NCBI GenBank assembly: GCA_910584815.1
Contig: CAJUBT010000008.1
Span: 1 to 57,762, forward strand
Source: an uncultured Christensenella sp.
GTDB lineage: Bacteria > Bacillota > Clostridia > Christensenellales > UBA1242
Length of the DNA: 57,762 bases
Direction: 5' to 3'
A program made the position numbers and the translations under genes. The notes beneath the pieces are model-generated. The model worked only from the letters and a program-made list of their open reading frames with translations, was not told the origin of the DNA and did not search any database. How positions within the stretch are numbered: position 1 is the first letter of the stretch; each line of letters opens with the position of its first letter. Shown here one piece after another: positions 13,301-20,232 of the stretch.

Positions 13301-13369
13301 AAAACAAGTGAAACCTGTTTAGATGAAAAAAATAAAAACGATGATTTAAACAATAATAACATTAAATAA
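7343..13369 (+). CDS. Giant surface protein with tandem Ig-like and MBG (YG..) repeats, C-terminal TM anchor and K/N-rich tail
   Basis: 2008-aa ORF with an N-terminal signal peptide. Has repeats of the type KTYGEED..L.Y...GL.N.D.L.G.L.RE.GEDAGTY.I..G.L....NY, a C-terminal hydrophobic helix (LITIAVIIAVSIIVLVAIVIAF) and then a basic tail. Confidence 0.8.
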   Translation: MKNFKTFICIAICLVASFAVLLLSPFTINAFAGVEDAGKSYAQNTQTRFLTINNNKTVLFDDHIENLYTISSCNNSTSGGNSGDISYDKNNKSIKFTTSSNAIDKKNPRIETAFKLNGKYKRAVEKGLITVTLKVKVENKNASTEIGFQEGTINTNGGDGFSGWNSKNGSYATVKDLGSLQKEGDNYVLSFVPTTTDILLVFANNKSGGGINTNELTITNPTIELTRNASPTINISDLLVNGKVSDSSWTAQAKTLTFNVSDNNFGIDYVTINGEKVECDENSINNDTLKTYSYLVNSIAETNYTITAYDYLGGTTSVSKKVGFVDSQDVSDVTINAENSYHEKNITIDISFEEDTTHSHDSVYYTLIDNSTGEDPTPNPNDTTGKTKEVPHQNGRYTFNFSFEFDGEYTLTILICDEAGHQKTFSKTFTIDSVKRRVNVTSHNGTYNITGVYSDEQGYYTWNGESITLTYNANENFNFYKLLRNGSEMQTNGSVYNYTCKDADINIEIFNRFVVDLNAVESYEFSEDGTNLIYSLNSNYLVNVLSREELSNILQENLDGLTEEEILQKVDSLINSNLILTIKTNGFVADSIYNVGSYFVSYKIDTPNFTGSNSFNILVTPKILQVEFLENNFTYNGKVQNVNFVQIPNQTVNVKYYSVLEDGSVSSTETSLLNAGTYKAVLTLNNANYTLSNGEIILTINKKQVEVKVENTTFKYNANNQNIIYSLTEDIDCVVNYFNNDGNLVNNFKNAGEYSYSVLPLDEVNYEFINNSGKCTILKITANIQVNKIVYDYTGNALTLIYSVTDENGEEVIVNNLTITYFVNGEVANFIEPNNYSFSFDTIDRDNYILGGTLTGTATIKKTKIFVFVSNTEYEYTGSEIKLNYYFLNEENEKLDALNNISLEFIKNGQVTNFIDCGEYEYNFVTSDVNYEIIFNNKTSLTIVPAVLNVQVLNNTYTYNSLGNLLNYVILSNNNVNFTDNENIILSITKNGETASLLNVGIYEYSFISNNQNIILNSGDITGTIEITSKLVYLQNVVDSYSYTGEELIFNYTLSENIAVNVEIDTLINAGSYNYIVTACDSNYEIVNGTGSVVVTPKSIQVLNISTNYTYTGNNVEVTFDLEEDIETYVTFKNANNQNEELLNNIVNAGNYNIFITPINQNYVVDSSNIIITINAKQVEINVTNTTQTYNKTNKQISVEVENNVPYVVTYYNEKGEEVKNTTNAGTYNFVVSLTNSNYIANCTGTLVVEKLNAYLTVVADQYKVYGDVNEENYAYALNGVVEGDVIDVVLTRNAGEAVGYYQINLQSYNNPNYNLIYSPVNFKIIAKKLIIVANNVTKTYESLDEELTYKITFGELVNNDVLLGNLEREEGEDVGVYNINIGTLQTLNPNYQIIFKKANFTIIPSDLKIKINNIETTYGTEVALSFSAERSFNETMVTGEIAREEGFDAGTYLITKGTLQSKNYNLIITNGTYTINPKSAFVTAQNLTKTYGEEDNLNYTVIGLLNNDVLKGALGRETGEDAGTYLINLGTLQTLNPNYLFNLQEAYYTINKAILTVNIANQTQVYGEEEKELTYTINGLKFNDEINFKLFRESGLDVGEYQIACGIPQLNNYYVLLNSGKYTITKAKISPVLVAETSTYNGKAQNFTNTNFPYELEYTYKLNGIQVDSVINAGTYLVQGYFAGNNNYEPAKSNAVTFTINKVSVCFNLGNNNFVYDGEVKSPYFSFDSSLGLSSNAITFEFENNAIPREVGSYPFTILVNDDNYTGFASGVLNITKPVTIVGDDSIIECEDAVFDSTISNLKLVSHVFNGKFNNQQVLQACTFENTSGIDESHIFTVRMRAKTSDSNVYVYKIDKNNVASEVVVSVQDGYYVFKVDGLDCQYIITKDIEPMSLITIAVIIAVSIIVLVAIVIAFKVRKNRKKKLALKMANNNATISLETVTTENNNLNDKNKKNKKVRVDNVISSALNNGTVNTNVESILDANKKTSETCLDEKNKNDDLNNNNIK

Positions 13370-13373
13370 AATT

Positions 13374-13406
13374 AAAAAAACACTAAAATATTTTTAGTGT
13401 TTTTTT
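13374..13406. terminator. Bidirectional terminator between convergent genes
   Basis: Stem AAAAACACTAAAA/TTTTAGTGTTTTT with 3-nt loop, flanked by an A run and a T run. Confidence 0.65.
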
Positions 13407-13438
13407 ATTAACTTAAATTGTTATTTTAGTTATAAATT

Positions 13439-14692
13439 TTATTCTGTTTTTGTTCTTGCAATAGTTGTGTTATCTTTCTTACGGTTTTGAAGTTGTTTTA
13501 TAGGGTGAGGTTTATCTTGATAGCGATAATCTTCTCCTCCTAGTTCCTTTAAACAATAATCCATTACTAAATGGCTTGGCACAGATTTTGGGTCATCGCA
13601 AGTAATTGCTTGTTGGTAGCAAAAGTATCTGTCTTTATCGGTTAATTTATTAACATCTTTGTAGTTGTCATCTTTAGCAGTTAAGGTTATAGAGTTTTCA
13701 ATAACATCTCTTATATAATCTTTGTGGCTGCCAATTTTAAGTAGCATAGGAAATTCTCCATCGCCAAAAACCTCGGTATAGTCTTTCTTTTCATATTTTT
13801 TAAGCAACCTAACAGCTTCTTTTAAATGGGCGCATTCCATTTCAAAATGGTCGTACCAGATGTCTTTTAATTCAAGGTTATCTTCATCTTCATAGGCACT
13901 ATAATATAGGTATGCTTCGGCATATTCGTGCATAACCCATTGTTCTAACCAAGTCATATTAGGGTCTTTTAAACTTTCATATTGTGTTACGTGGGCTTCT
14001 TCAATCATTGCAATTTCGCTATAAAGTTTTCTGCCAACATCATTTTTATACCATTGTGCAATGTTCATATAGTAATTCATTGTTTGTTGTTCTGCAGCTG
14101 TTATGGTACAGCCAACAAGTTTACTATAAAGGCTTGCTTTTTTTGCATTCATATGTGGCTTTAAGTCATCGGCAGGGTGGCGGTGTTCTGCTATTGTTGG
14201 TCTGCCTGGCATAATTTCTGTAAAGCCTCCAACAAGTTTTTTTGCATCAATTTTTTTGTCAACCATTAGCAAGTTGGCAAATCTATATAAATGGTCAAAA
14301 TCTTCAAGTAAAGCAAAGTCTAATGCTTTCTTGTTAACAGGGTCCTCTTCATATATAGCAAGAGATGCCGTTAAATCTACAGCAAGTTGTTCATAACCAA
14401 TGGTTGTTTCTAAAATGCTTTCATTTATCGGTTTTAAACAGGCAATGTGTTTTTGCTGCCATTGCTCTTGTCGTCTTATAATAGCCAAACTTTCAAGTAT
14501 TTCTTTTTCATTGCAGTGTCTGGCAAATTGGTGCATAAACCAAACAGATTCATATTCCGTGCCATTCATCAAAATCACTCTTGTTTTAGAATATGGTCCT
14601 GTTTTGTTTTTATTGTAAGCTTTAGGGTACATATCTTTTAAACTTTTAAAATAAGCGCTTAATTCTTTTGTTTCATAGGTTATTGGGTTCAT
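13439..14692 (-). CDS. Ferritin-like (putative di-iron carboxylate) domain protein, function unknown
   Basis: 417-aa ORF with GGAGG RBS. Several E..H motifs spaced as in helical di-iron proteins (IEEAHVTQYE, EMECAHLKEA, LEDFDHLYRF). Family assignment is from memory only. Confidence 0.4.
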   Translation of the reverse strand: MNPITYETKELSAYFKSLKDMYPKAYNKNKTGPYSKTRVILMNGTEYESVWFMHQFARHCNEKEILESLAIIRRQEQWQQKHIACLKPINESILETTIGYEQLAVDLTASLAIYEEDPVNKKALDFALLEDFDHLYRFANLLMVDKKIDAKKLVGGFTEIMPGRPTIAEHRHPADDLKPHMNAKKASLYSKLVGCTITAAEQQTMNYYMNIAQWYKNDVGRKLYSEIAMIEEAHVTQYESLKDPNMTWLEQWVMHEYAEAYLYYSAYEDEDNLELKDIWYDHFEMECAHLKEAVRLLKKYEKKDYTEVFGDGEFPMLLKIGSHKDYIRDVIENSITLTAKDDNYKDVNKLTDKDRYFCYQQAITCDDPKSVPSHLVMDYCLKELGGEDYRYQDKPHPIKQLQNRKKDNTTIARTKTE

Positions 14693-15175
14693 AAATTTTT
14701 ACCTCCGTAAAAACAATTATTAACTTGTTAGTTATTTAAATACAAGTTTTGTAATTAAAAATAAGTTAATAAAACATTTTTATATAAAAAATATTACATA
14801 CCCTATTTTTATAAACCTTAGCATTAATATTGGTTAAATACTTATTAAGGTTAAATATATTTAATAGTAAACATAATTAAAATATTAAATAGTGCTTTTT
14901 GTATTCTTATTTTTTTAATTTAAATTTTAATTAATAATTAAATTTTTTTTACTAATAAATAAGGTTAAATTATTTTACATTTATAAAATTAACTAACTAA
15001 AAAACAAAAGTTAGTGTTAAGTTTGATTTTTTAAAGTTGTGTTAATTCAAATTTAATACTACTTATAAATTAAAACAAAATATTACAAAATAAGCAAAAT
15101 TAAGTCTGAATAATTTGGTTTGTATTACACAAATTAACTTTGAGTTAAAACAAAAAAAGGGAGAAACAAAAAGAA

Positions 15176-16267
15176 ATGAAAAAACCAATTATGATATTCA
15201 GTTTTATTTTAACATTGGTGCTTATGTGTGGGCTAATATTTACAAACACTAGTTTTACAAACAAAAAAGTTTATGCAAAAGGCTTAGATAGCGGGCATAT
15301 AATTGTTGTGGGTAAGGGAGAAGTAGAGGCTCAACCAGATACTATAAGAGTAAGTTTCAGTTTAAAATGTAAAGCAGAAACAATGCAAGCAGGTCAAGCT
15401 AAAATGAGAGAGTCTATTAAAGCTGTAACAGAAAAAATAACACAATATAATAAAGACGCAGTTGTTTACACTAACTATTCTTCTTCATTCCCAGTTTTTG
15501 AAGGCGGGCTTTTAGGTTATGAATTTGATAGCTGCTTAATTGCAACATCTCCAAATGTTGAAGATGCAAATGGGCTTGTAGATGCTGTTGTAGAAGCAGG
15601 GGCAACAAGTGTGCATAGTGTAAACTATTTGTTGGAAAATAAAGATGAAGCTTACATTAAAGCTTTAAAACTAGCAAAACAAAATGCAGAAGATAAAGCT
15701 AATGCTATTTATGGTAACCTAACTTTAAAAGGCTTAAAGGAAGAAGCTGTTTATAATTATTGCGAAGGAAGACAAAACGAAAAAATAAAAATTTCTGCAA
15801 AAGTAACAGCTTTCTACGTTGTAAATTCACAAAACTTAGAAAACAATGAAACCGCATCTTTAAAAAATGCTTTTAGCGAGAAAAGTTCATCAACAACCTC
15901 CGCTCAAACAAAGCAAGAAAGTTTAGTTAAAAAAGAAAGTTCCTTAAACAATAAAAAACAAAACCTAACTGAAAGTAATGAAAATAAAGAAAGCTTAAAC
16001 ACAAGTGTTGAAACAAGCAGTAATAAAGAAATTAGAAATGAAGAAACTAATAAATTAACTGACACAATAAGTAGTGAAATAAATAAACAAACCTTGAGTG
16101 AAACAGCTAATAAAGAAGTTAACCAAAATAAGTTAACTAATTCAAAACAAACAAAAACTAATGCTAGCGAAAGTGCAAGCAAAAACACATCTAAAGAAAT
16201 TTCAAAAACAAACGAACCATTAAGTATTATAGATGCTAATGGAAATGTGGTTTTAGAAATAATTTAA
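15176..16267 (+). CDS. SIMPL (DUF541)-like secreted/membrane protein with long S/T/N/K-rich C-terminal tail
   Basis: 363-aa ORF with GGGAG RBS and an N-terminal TM/signal. Carries the GKGEVEAQPDTIRVSFSL start typical of SIMPL domains and a ~140-aa low-complexity tail. Confidence 0.6.
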   Translation: MKKPIMIFSFILTLVLMCGLIFTNTSFTNKKVYAKGLDSGHIIVVGKGEVEAQPDTIRVSFSLKCKAETMQAGQAKMRESIKAVTEKITQYNKDAVVYTNYSSSFPVFEGGLLGYEFDSCLIATSPNVEDANGLVDAVVEAGATSVHSVNYLLENKDEAYIKALKLAKQNAEDKANAIYGNLTLKGLKEEAVYNYCEGRQNEKIKISAKVTAFYVVNSQNLENNETASLKNAFSEKSSSTTSAQTKQESLVKKESSLNNKKQNLTESNENKESLNTSVETSSNKEIRNEETNKLTDTISSEINKQTLSETANKEVNQNKLTNSKQTKTNASESASKNTSKEISKTNEPLSIIDANGNVVLEII

Positions 16268-16271
16268 AAAT

Positions 16272-16304
16272 AAAAAACTGAGAATTAAAGTTCTCAGTTT
16301 TTTT
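16272..16304. terminator. Bidirectional terminator
   Basis: Stem AAAAAACTGAGAA/TTCTCAGTTTTTT with 6-nt loop. Confidence 0.65.
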
Positions 16305-16319
16305 ATTTATTCTAGTTGT

Positions 16320-16835
16320 TTAAAACTTCTCTGGATTTATTATAATCACTTTATTGTTTTTTTCTTTTGCATATTTAACTGTATTTCCAGTACCACTAGA
16401 TTTGCCATTATAGCAAGCAATTCAAATGTTAGAATTATTAACCATATATTTATTTCTATCGTTCATACAACCATTATAATATGTTCTTGTTAAAATAATT
16501 ACATCGTCACATTGAGATAGTAAATGCCAATATCTTCTTTGTTGAAAACTATTCCATTTAATTTCTTGATTTATACAAGGCACAATCGCAATAATTTTTA
16601 TTTCACTTTTTTTTCTAAGTTCAAGTAAAATTTCTGTGCCAATCATATCAAAGCCCTCTGCCATACCAGTTAAAAAAGTTGTTATTTTATTATCAATTAA
16701 TTTATTAAAAATTTTTGCAACTTCTTTTTTAAAGTTTTTACAACTTTGTTTGTCTTCATTATAACCCCAAGGCAAAAATTTTGGTCTGTGTCCAGTTATA
16801 GTTGCAGTTTCTTCTTTTTTTATGTGTATTTTCAA
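16320..16835 (-). pseudogene. SLOG/DUF1273 (YpsA-like) family gene interrupted by an in-frame TGA at 16422-16424
   Basis: TTG start with AAGGAG RBS; 137 codons, then TGA. The same frame stays open for 33 more codons (IACYNGKSSGTGNTVKYAKEKNNKVIIINPEKF) to TAA at 16320-16322, right next to the terminator. The combined 171 aa matches the expected family length. Confidence 0.6.
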
Positions 16836-16988
16836 TTTTATATTCTCCTTTAATAGTCTCAGTATTCATTATAGCATAATTTATGTTTATTAGTACTCAT
16901 TTTGGCAATTATTATGCATAATTTATGTTTCTGAATTTTTTAATAATTGAAAAATATACCTTATACTAAATTATAAGTTGGAGGGCAT

Positions 16989-17288
16989 ATGAATATTAAC
17001 GATATTTTAGCAAGAATAGGCTATGTAAGAAATACGGTAAATTTATCTGCTAGAGAATTAAGTTTACGAATGGGTATGAGCCCTCAATATGTTGCCCAAA
17101 TTGAACGCGGAAGAATAGTGTTAACAGTGGAAAAATTGTTGCAGATTTTAGAAATTTGTAATTTTCCATTAAAGCGATTTTTTAGTGATGATATTTTTAA
17201 TTATGAAACAGATAAAGAACTAGAGAATTTATTACAATCACTCCCTGTAGATAAAAAGAAGAATATAATTGAATTTATTAAAAAATAA
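16989..17288 (+). CDS. XRE-family HTH regulator
   Basis: 99-aa ORF with GGAGGG RBS and HTH LSARELSLRMGMSPQYVAQIERG. Confidence 0.75.
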   Translation: MNINDILARIGYVRNTVNLSARELSLRMGMSPQYVAQIERGRIVLTVEKLLQILEICNFPLKRFFSDDIFNYETDKELENLLQSLPVDKKKNIIEFIKK

Positions 17289-17517
17289 CTTTTAATAATT
17301 TCAGCTATTGTAAAGTAATGGTTAAATTTTATGGAACGAACTATAATAGTTTGTTTACGAAAGTTGCAAATTGTTTTAAATTTTAAAAATGTTATTATTG
17401 AAATAGATAAAAATAAAAGTCAAGATTTTTTTCTTGACTTTTATTATAGAAATTTTAGGTAATTTAGTATTTAAAAATTGAACAATAAATTGTTATATTT
17501 AATAGATATAATAAATT

Positions 17518-17967
17518 TTATTTATAATTTTTAATAATATTTAAAATTATTTCTTTTAGTTCCTCTAAATTAGAATAGTATTTAATTTTACAATCTGGGA
17601 AAGCTCCAAACACCATATTTGAAATTTTAGCATCTTTCTTTGCAACAAGTTCTGTTGCAACATTATTTTGTTTTGCAATGCCAAGTTCTATTCCAAGCCC
17701 TAAAGATTTGTTTGTAACATCGGCAAGAAATAATTTACTTGTTCTAATCATTTCAAGGTCATAATCTACCATAGCTTTATTAAGTTGTTGCAATGTTATG
17801 GTTGGGTTTTGCATTTCTATTTTATTTCTATAATTTTCAATGTCGGTTGGTTGAATAACTTTTAAGTTGGTTAAATTTTCTTTGATGATATCAACAATAA
17901 AAGGAAAAATGTCCGTGTCTTCTTTTTTAGTTGCAAAAAATGCACCGCCAATAAAAATATGTTCCAT
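17518..17967 (-). CDS. Nucleoside 2-deoxyribosyltransferase-like protein
   Basis: 149-aa ORF with AGGAG RBS. N-terminal IFIGGAF and the later D...I..S..FLADVT..SLGLGIELGIAK pattern resemble the Nuc_deoxyrib_tr fold. Assigned from memory. Confidence 0.5.
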   Translation of the reverse strand: MEHIFIGGAFFATKKEDTDIFPFIVDIIKENLTNLKVIQPTDIENYRNKIEMQNPTITLQQLNKAMVDYDLEMIRTSKLFLADVTNKSLGLGIELGIAKQNNVATELVAKKDAKISNMVFGAFPDCKIKYYSNLEELKEIILNIIKNYK

Positions 17968-18368
17968 TTTTCTAATCTCCTGTATTTTTTTATTTACAAA
18001 AAAGTAAAATTGTTTAAAAAATTTTTATTCATAAGTTACTATTAATATTTAATTTAAAATTGTTTTTATTTTTTTAAATGTAACAAAAACTAAAATTAAA
18101 ACATAAAAAATTTTGTGATTTTTACATAATATTTTAACATTTATTTATCTATTTACAAAAGCATTATTTAGTGTTTTTTTATTTTAAATAAATATACTTA
18201 ATTACTATAAAAATTTGAATAATCAAAATGGTTATATTCCTTTTGTTTTCTAACATTTACAAATTTTATGTGCTTTATATTTATATGGAAAATAATTACC
18301 AAAATTTACCTAGTTTTGTTTGACTTTTGGGGCTTTAAAAAACTACAATTAAATAAGGAGAATTAAAA

Positions 18369-19877
18369 ATGCAAAGAGCCAGTGGGGTTATGTTACACAT
18401 ATCTAGTTTGCCTAGTTTATATGGCTTTGGCAGTTTAGGGAAAGAAGCTTTTGATTTTGTAGATTTTTTATATGAAAGTGGCTTTAAATATTGGCAAATT
18501 TTACCCCTTAACCCAACTAATGAAAGTGGCTCTCCCTTTCAAAGTTATTCTGTTTTTGCTGGCAATATTAGCTTACTTGATTTAATACCTTTTTTAACAG
18601 AAGAAGAAAAGAAAAGTTTTTTAAAAGATAGCAAAAAATTTTGTGTGGAAAACAAAACTTCATCATCTTTTGCTTTTTGTAATCAAATAGATTTTGAAAT
18701 GGTTTATTGTACGAAAATAAAATACCTAAAAAATGTGTTTGAAAGAAATATTAATAAAACTAATTTAGAAACTTTTAAAAAACAACATTCATTCTGGCTA
18801 GAAGATTATTGCTTGTTTTGTGTTTTAAAAGATATTTATTCAACATCTTATTGGAAATTTCCAAAAGGGTTAAGCAATTATAACAAAGCAGAAATTTTAA
18901 AATTTAAAAAAGAACACAAAACAGAAATAGAGTTTTATTGTTTTATTCAATATTTATTTTTTACTCAATGGCAAGAACTAAAACAATATGCAAATAATAA
19001 AAACATTAAAATTTTTGGTGACCTAGCTTTTTATCCTGCTGGAGATAGTTGTGATGTTTGGGCGAATCGTGATGATTTTTGCTTTGATGAATATGATGCT
19101 CCAAAAGGCATTGCGGGTGTTCCGCCAGATTATTTTTCTAAAGATGGGCAAGTGTGGGGTAGCCCAGTATATAATGTAGAAAATATGAAAAATAATGGTT
19201 ATAAATTTTGGTTAAACCGTTTTAAACACGCAAAACTTTTTTTTGATGTTGTAAGGTTAGACCATTTTAGAGGGTTTGAAGCCTTTTGGGTTGTGAAGAA
19301 TTATAAAGCAACAAGTGCAAAAAACGGCAAGTGGGTTAAAGGTTTGGGGCTGGAATTTTTTGAAACTTTAAAAAACAAAAACATTCCAACTTTTGTTGCA
19401 GAAGACCTTGGAATTATAACCAAAGATGTTAAAAACTTAATAGATAAACTTGGCATTGCAGGAATGAAAGTTTTTCAGTTTGCTTTTGATGGCAATGCAA
19501 AAAATCCGTATTTTCCACATAACTATACAGAAAACTGTGTTGCATACCTTGGAACACACGATAACAACACTTTTATTGGCTTTTTAGAAAATGAAGTATC
19601 GCCAAAAACTTTGAAAGAAATTAAAAACTATTTAGGGCAGGCCGAAGATGCTAGCAATAAACAAGTTTTAGATATGGCATTTTCTGTTTTGTTAAACAGT
19701 CGTGCCGATATTGTTGTTTTAACAATGCAAGATATTTTGTGTTTAGATGGTAATTACCGAATGAATACGCCATCTACAATTAATAATAATTGGTGCTTTA
19801 GGTTAAATTATAATTACAATAGTAAGGAATTAAAACGCTTTTTACTAAACTTAAATATTAGTGCAAATCGTACTTAG
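18369..19877 (+). CDS. malQ: 4-alpha-glucanotransferase (amylomaltase, GH77)
   Basis: 502 aa with AAGGAG RBS. Motifs GVMLHISSLPS, VRLDHFRGF, VAEDLG, GTHDN. Confidence 0.9.
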   Translation: MQRASGVMLHISSLPSLYGFGSLGKEAFDFVDFLYESGFKYWQILPLNPTNESGSPFQSYSVFAGNISLLDLIPFLTEEEKKSFLKDSKKFCVENKTSSSFAFCNQIDFEMVYCTKIKYLKNVFERNINKTNLETFKKQHSFWLEDYCLFCVLKDIYSTSYWKFPKGLSNYNKAEILKFKKEHKTEIEFYCFIQYLFFTQWQELKQYANNKNIKIFGDLAFYPAGDSCDVWANRDDFCFDEYDAPKGIAGVPPDYFSKDGQVWGSPVYNVENMKNNGYKFWLNRFKHAKLFFDVVRLDHFRGFEAFWVVKNYKATSAKNGKWVKGLGLEFFETLKNKNIPTFVAEDLGIITKDVKNLIDKLGIAGMKVFQFAFDGNAKNPYFPHNYTENCVAYLGTHDNNTFIGFLENEVSPKTLKEIKNYLGQAEDASNKQVLDMAFSVLLNSRADIVVLTMQDILCLDGNYRMNTPSTINNNWCFRLNYNYNSKELKRFLLNLNISANRT

Positions 19878-19883
19878 TTTCTT

Positions 19884-19913
19884 TTGACAATTTTTAAGTT
19901 TTTTTAGTATAAT
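19884..19913 (+). promoter_or_regulatory. Candidate sigma-70 promoter upstream of glgB
   Basis: Consensus TTGACA (19884-19889), 18-nt spacer, consensus TATAAT (19908-19913). Lies about 320 nt upstream of the glgB ATG. AT-rich background raises the false-positive risk. Confidence 0.35.
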
Positions 19914-20232
19914 TAACATTAGTAAATATAGTTACAAAGATAGTGTTTTTGTAACTAATGCTAATTTGAGTTTTGTTTTTAAAATTTTTGTTAAAATTAT
20001 TTTATTTATTTTGTAAATTAAATTTTTATAATTTAAATTTTAGTTTAAACTTAATTTTTATAAATCAAAATAAAGTTACAACTAAACTTATAAAATCACT
20101 TCTAAGTAGGCACTGTTAAAACTACAGTAATGCTTTAAAAAGTTAAAAGTTGTTTTTTAAAAAAAGTAATGTAAAACAATTTGCTGGAAATAAAAAGATT
20201 ATATAAAAGTCCACTTAGGAGAAAATTAAAAA

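Noticed and set aside
16422-16424. Genome-wide TGA reassignment (code 4 Trp or code 25 Gly)
   Set aside because: Trp is encoded by TGG throughout (e.g. in malQ, glgB, glgP). ORFs of 1576 and 2008 aa, and all enzyme genes, are intact under the standard code with no other internal TGA. TGA also sits at two ATGA stop/start overlaps (7344, 34562). A single in-frame TGA is better explained locally.
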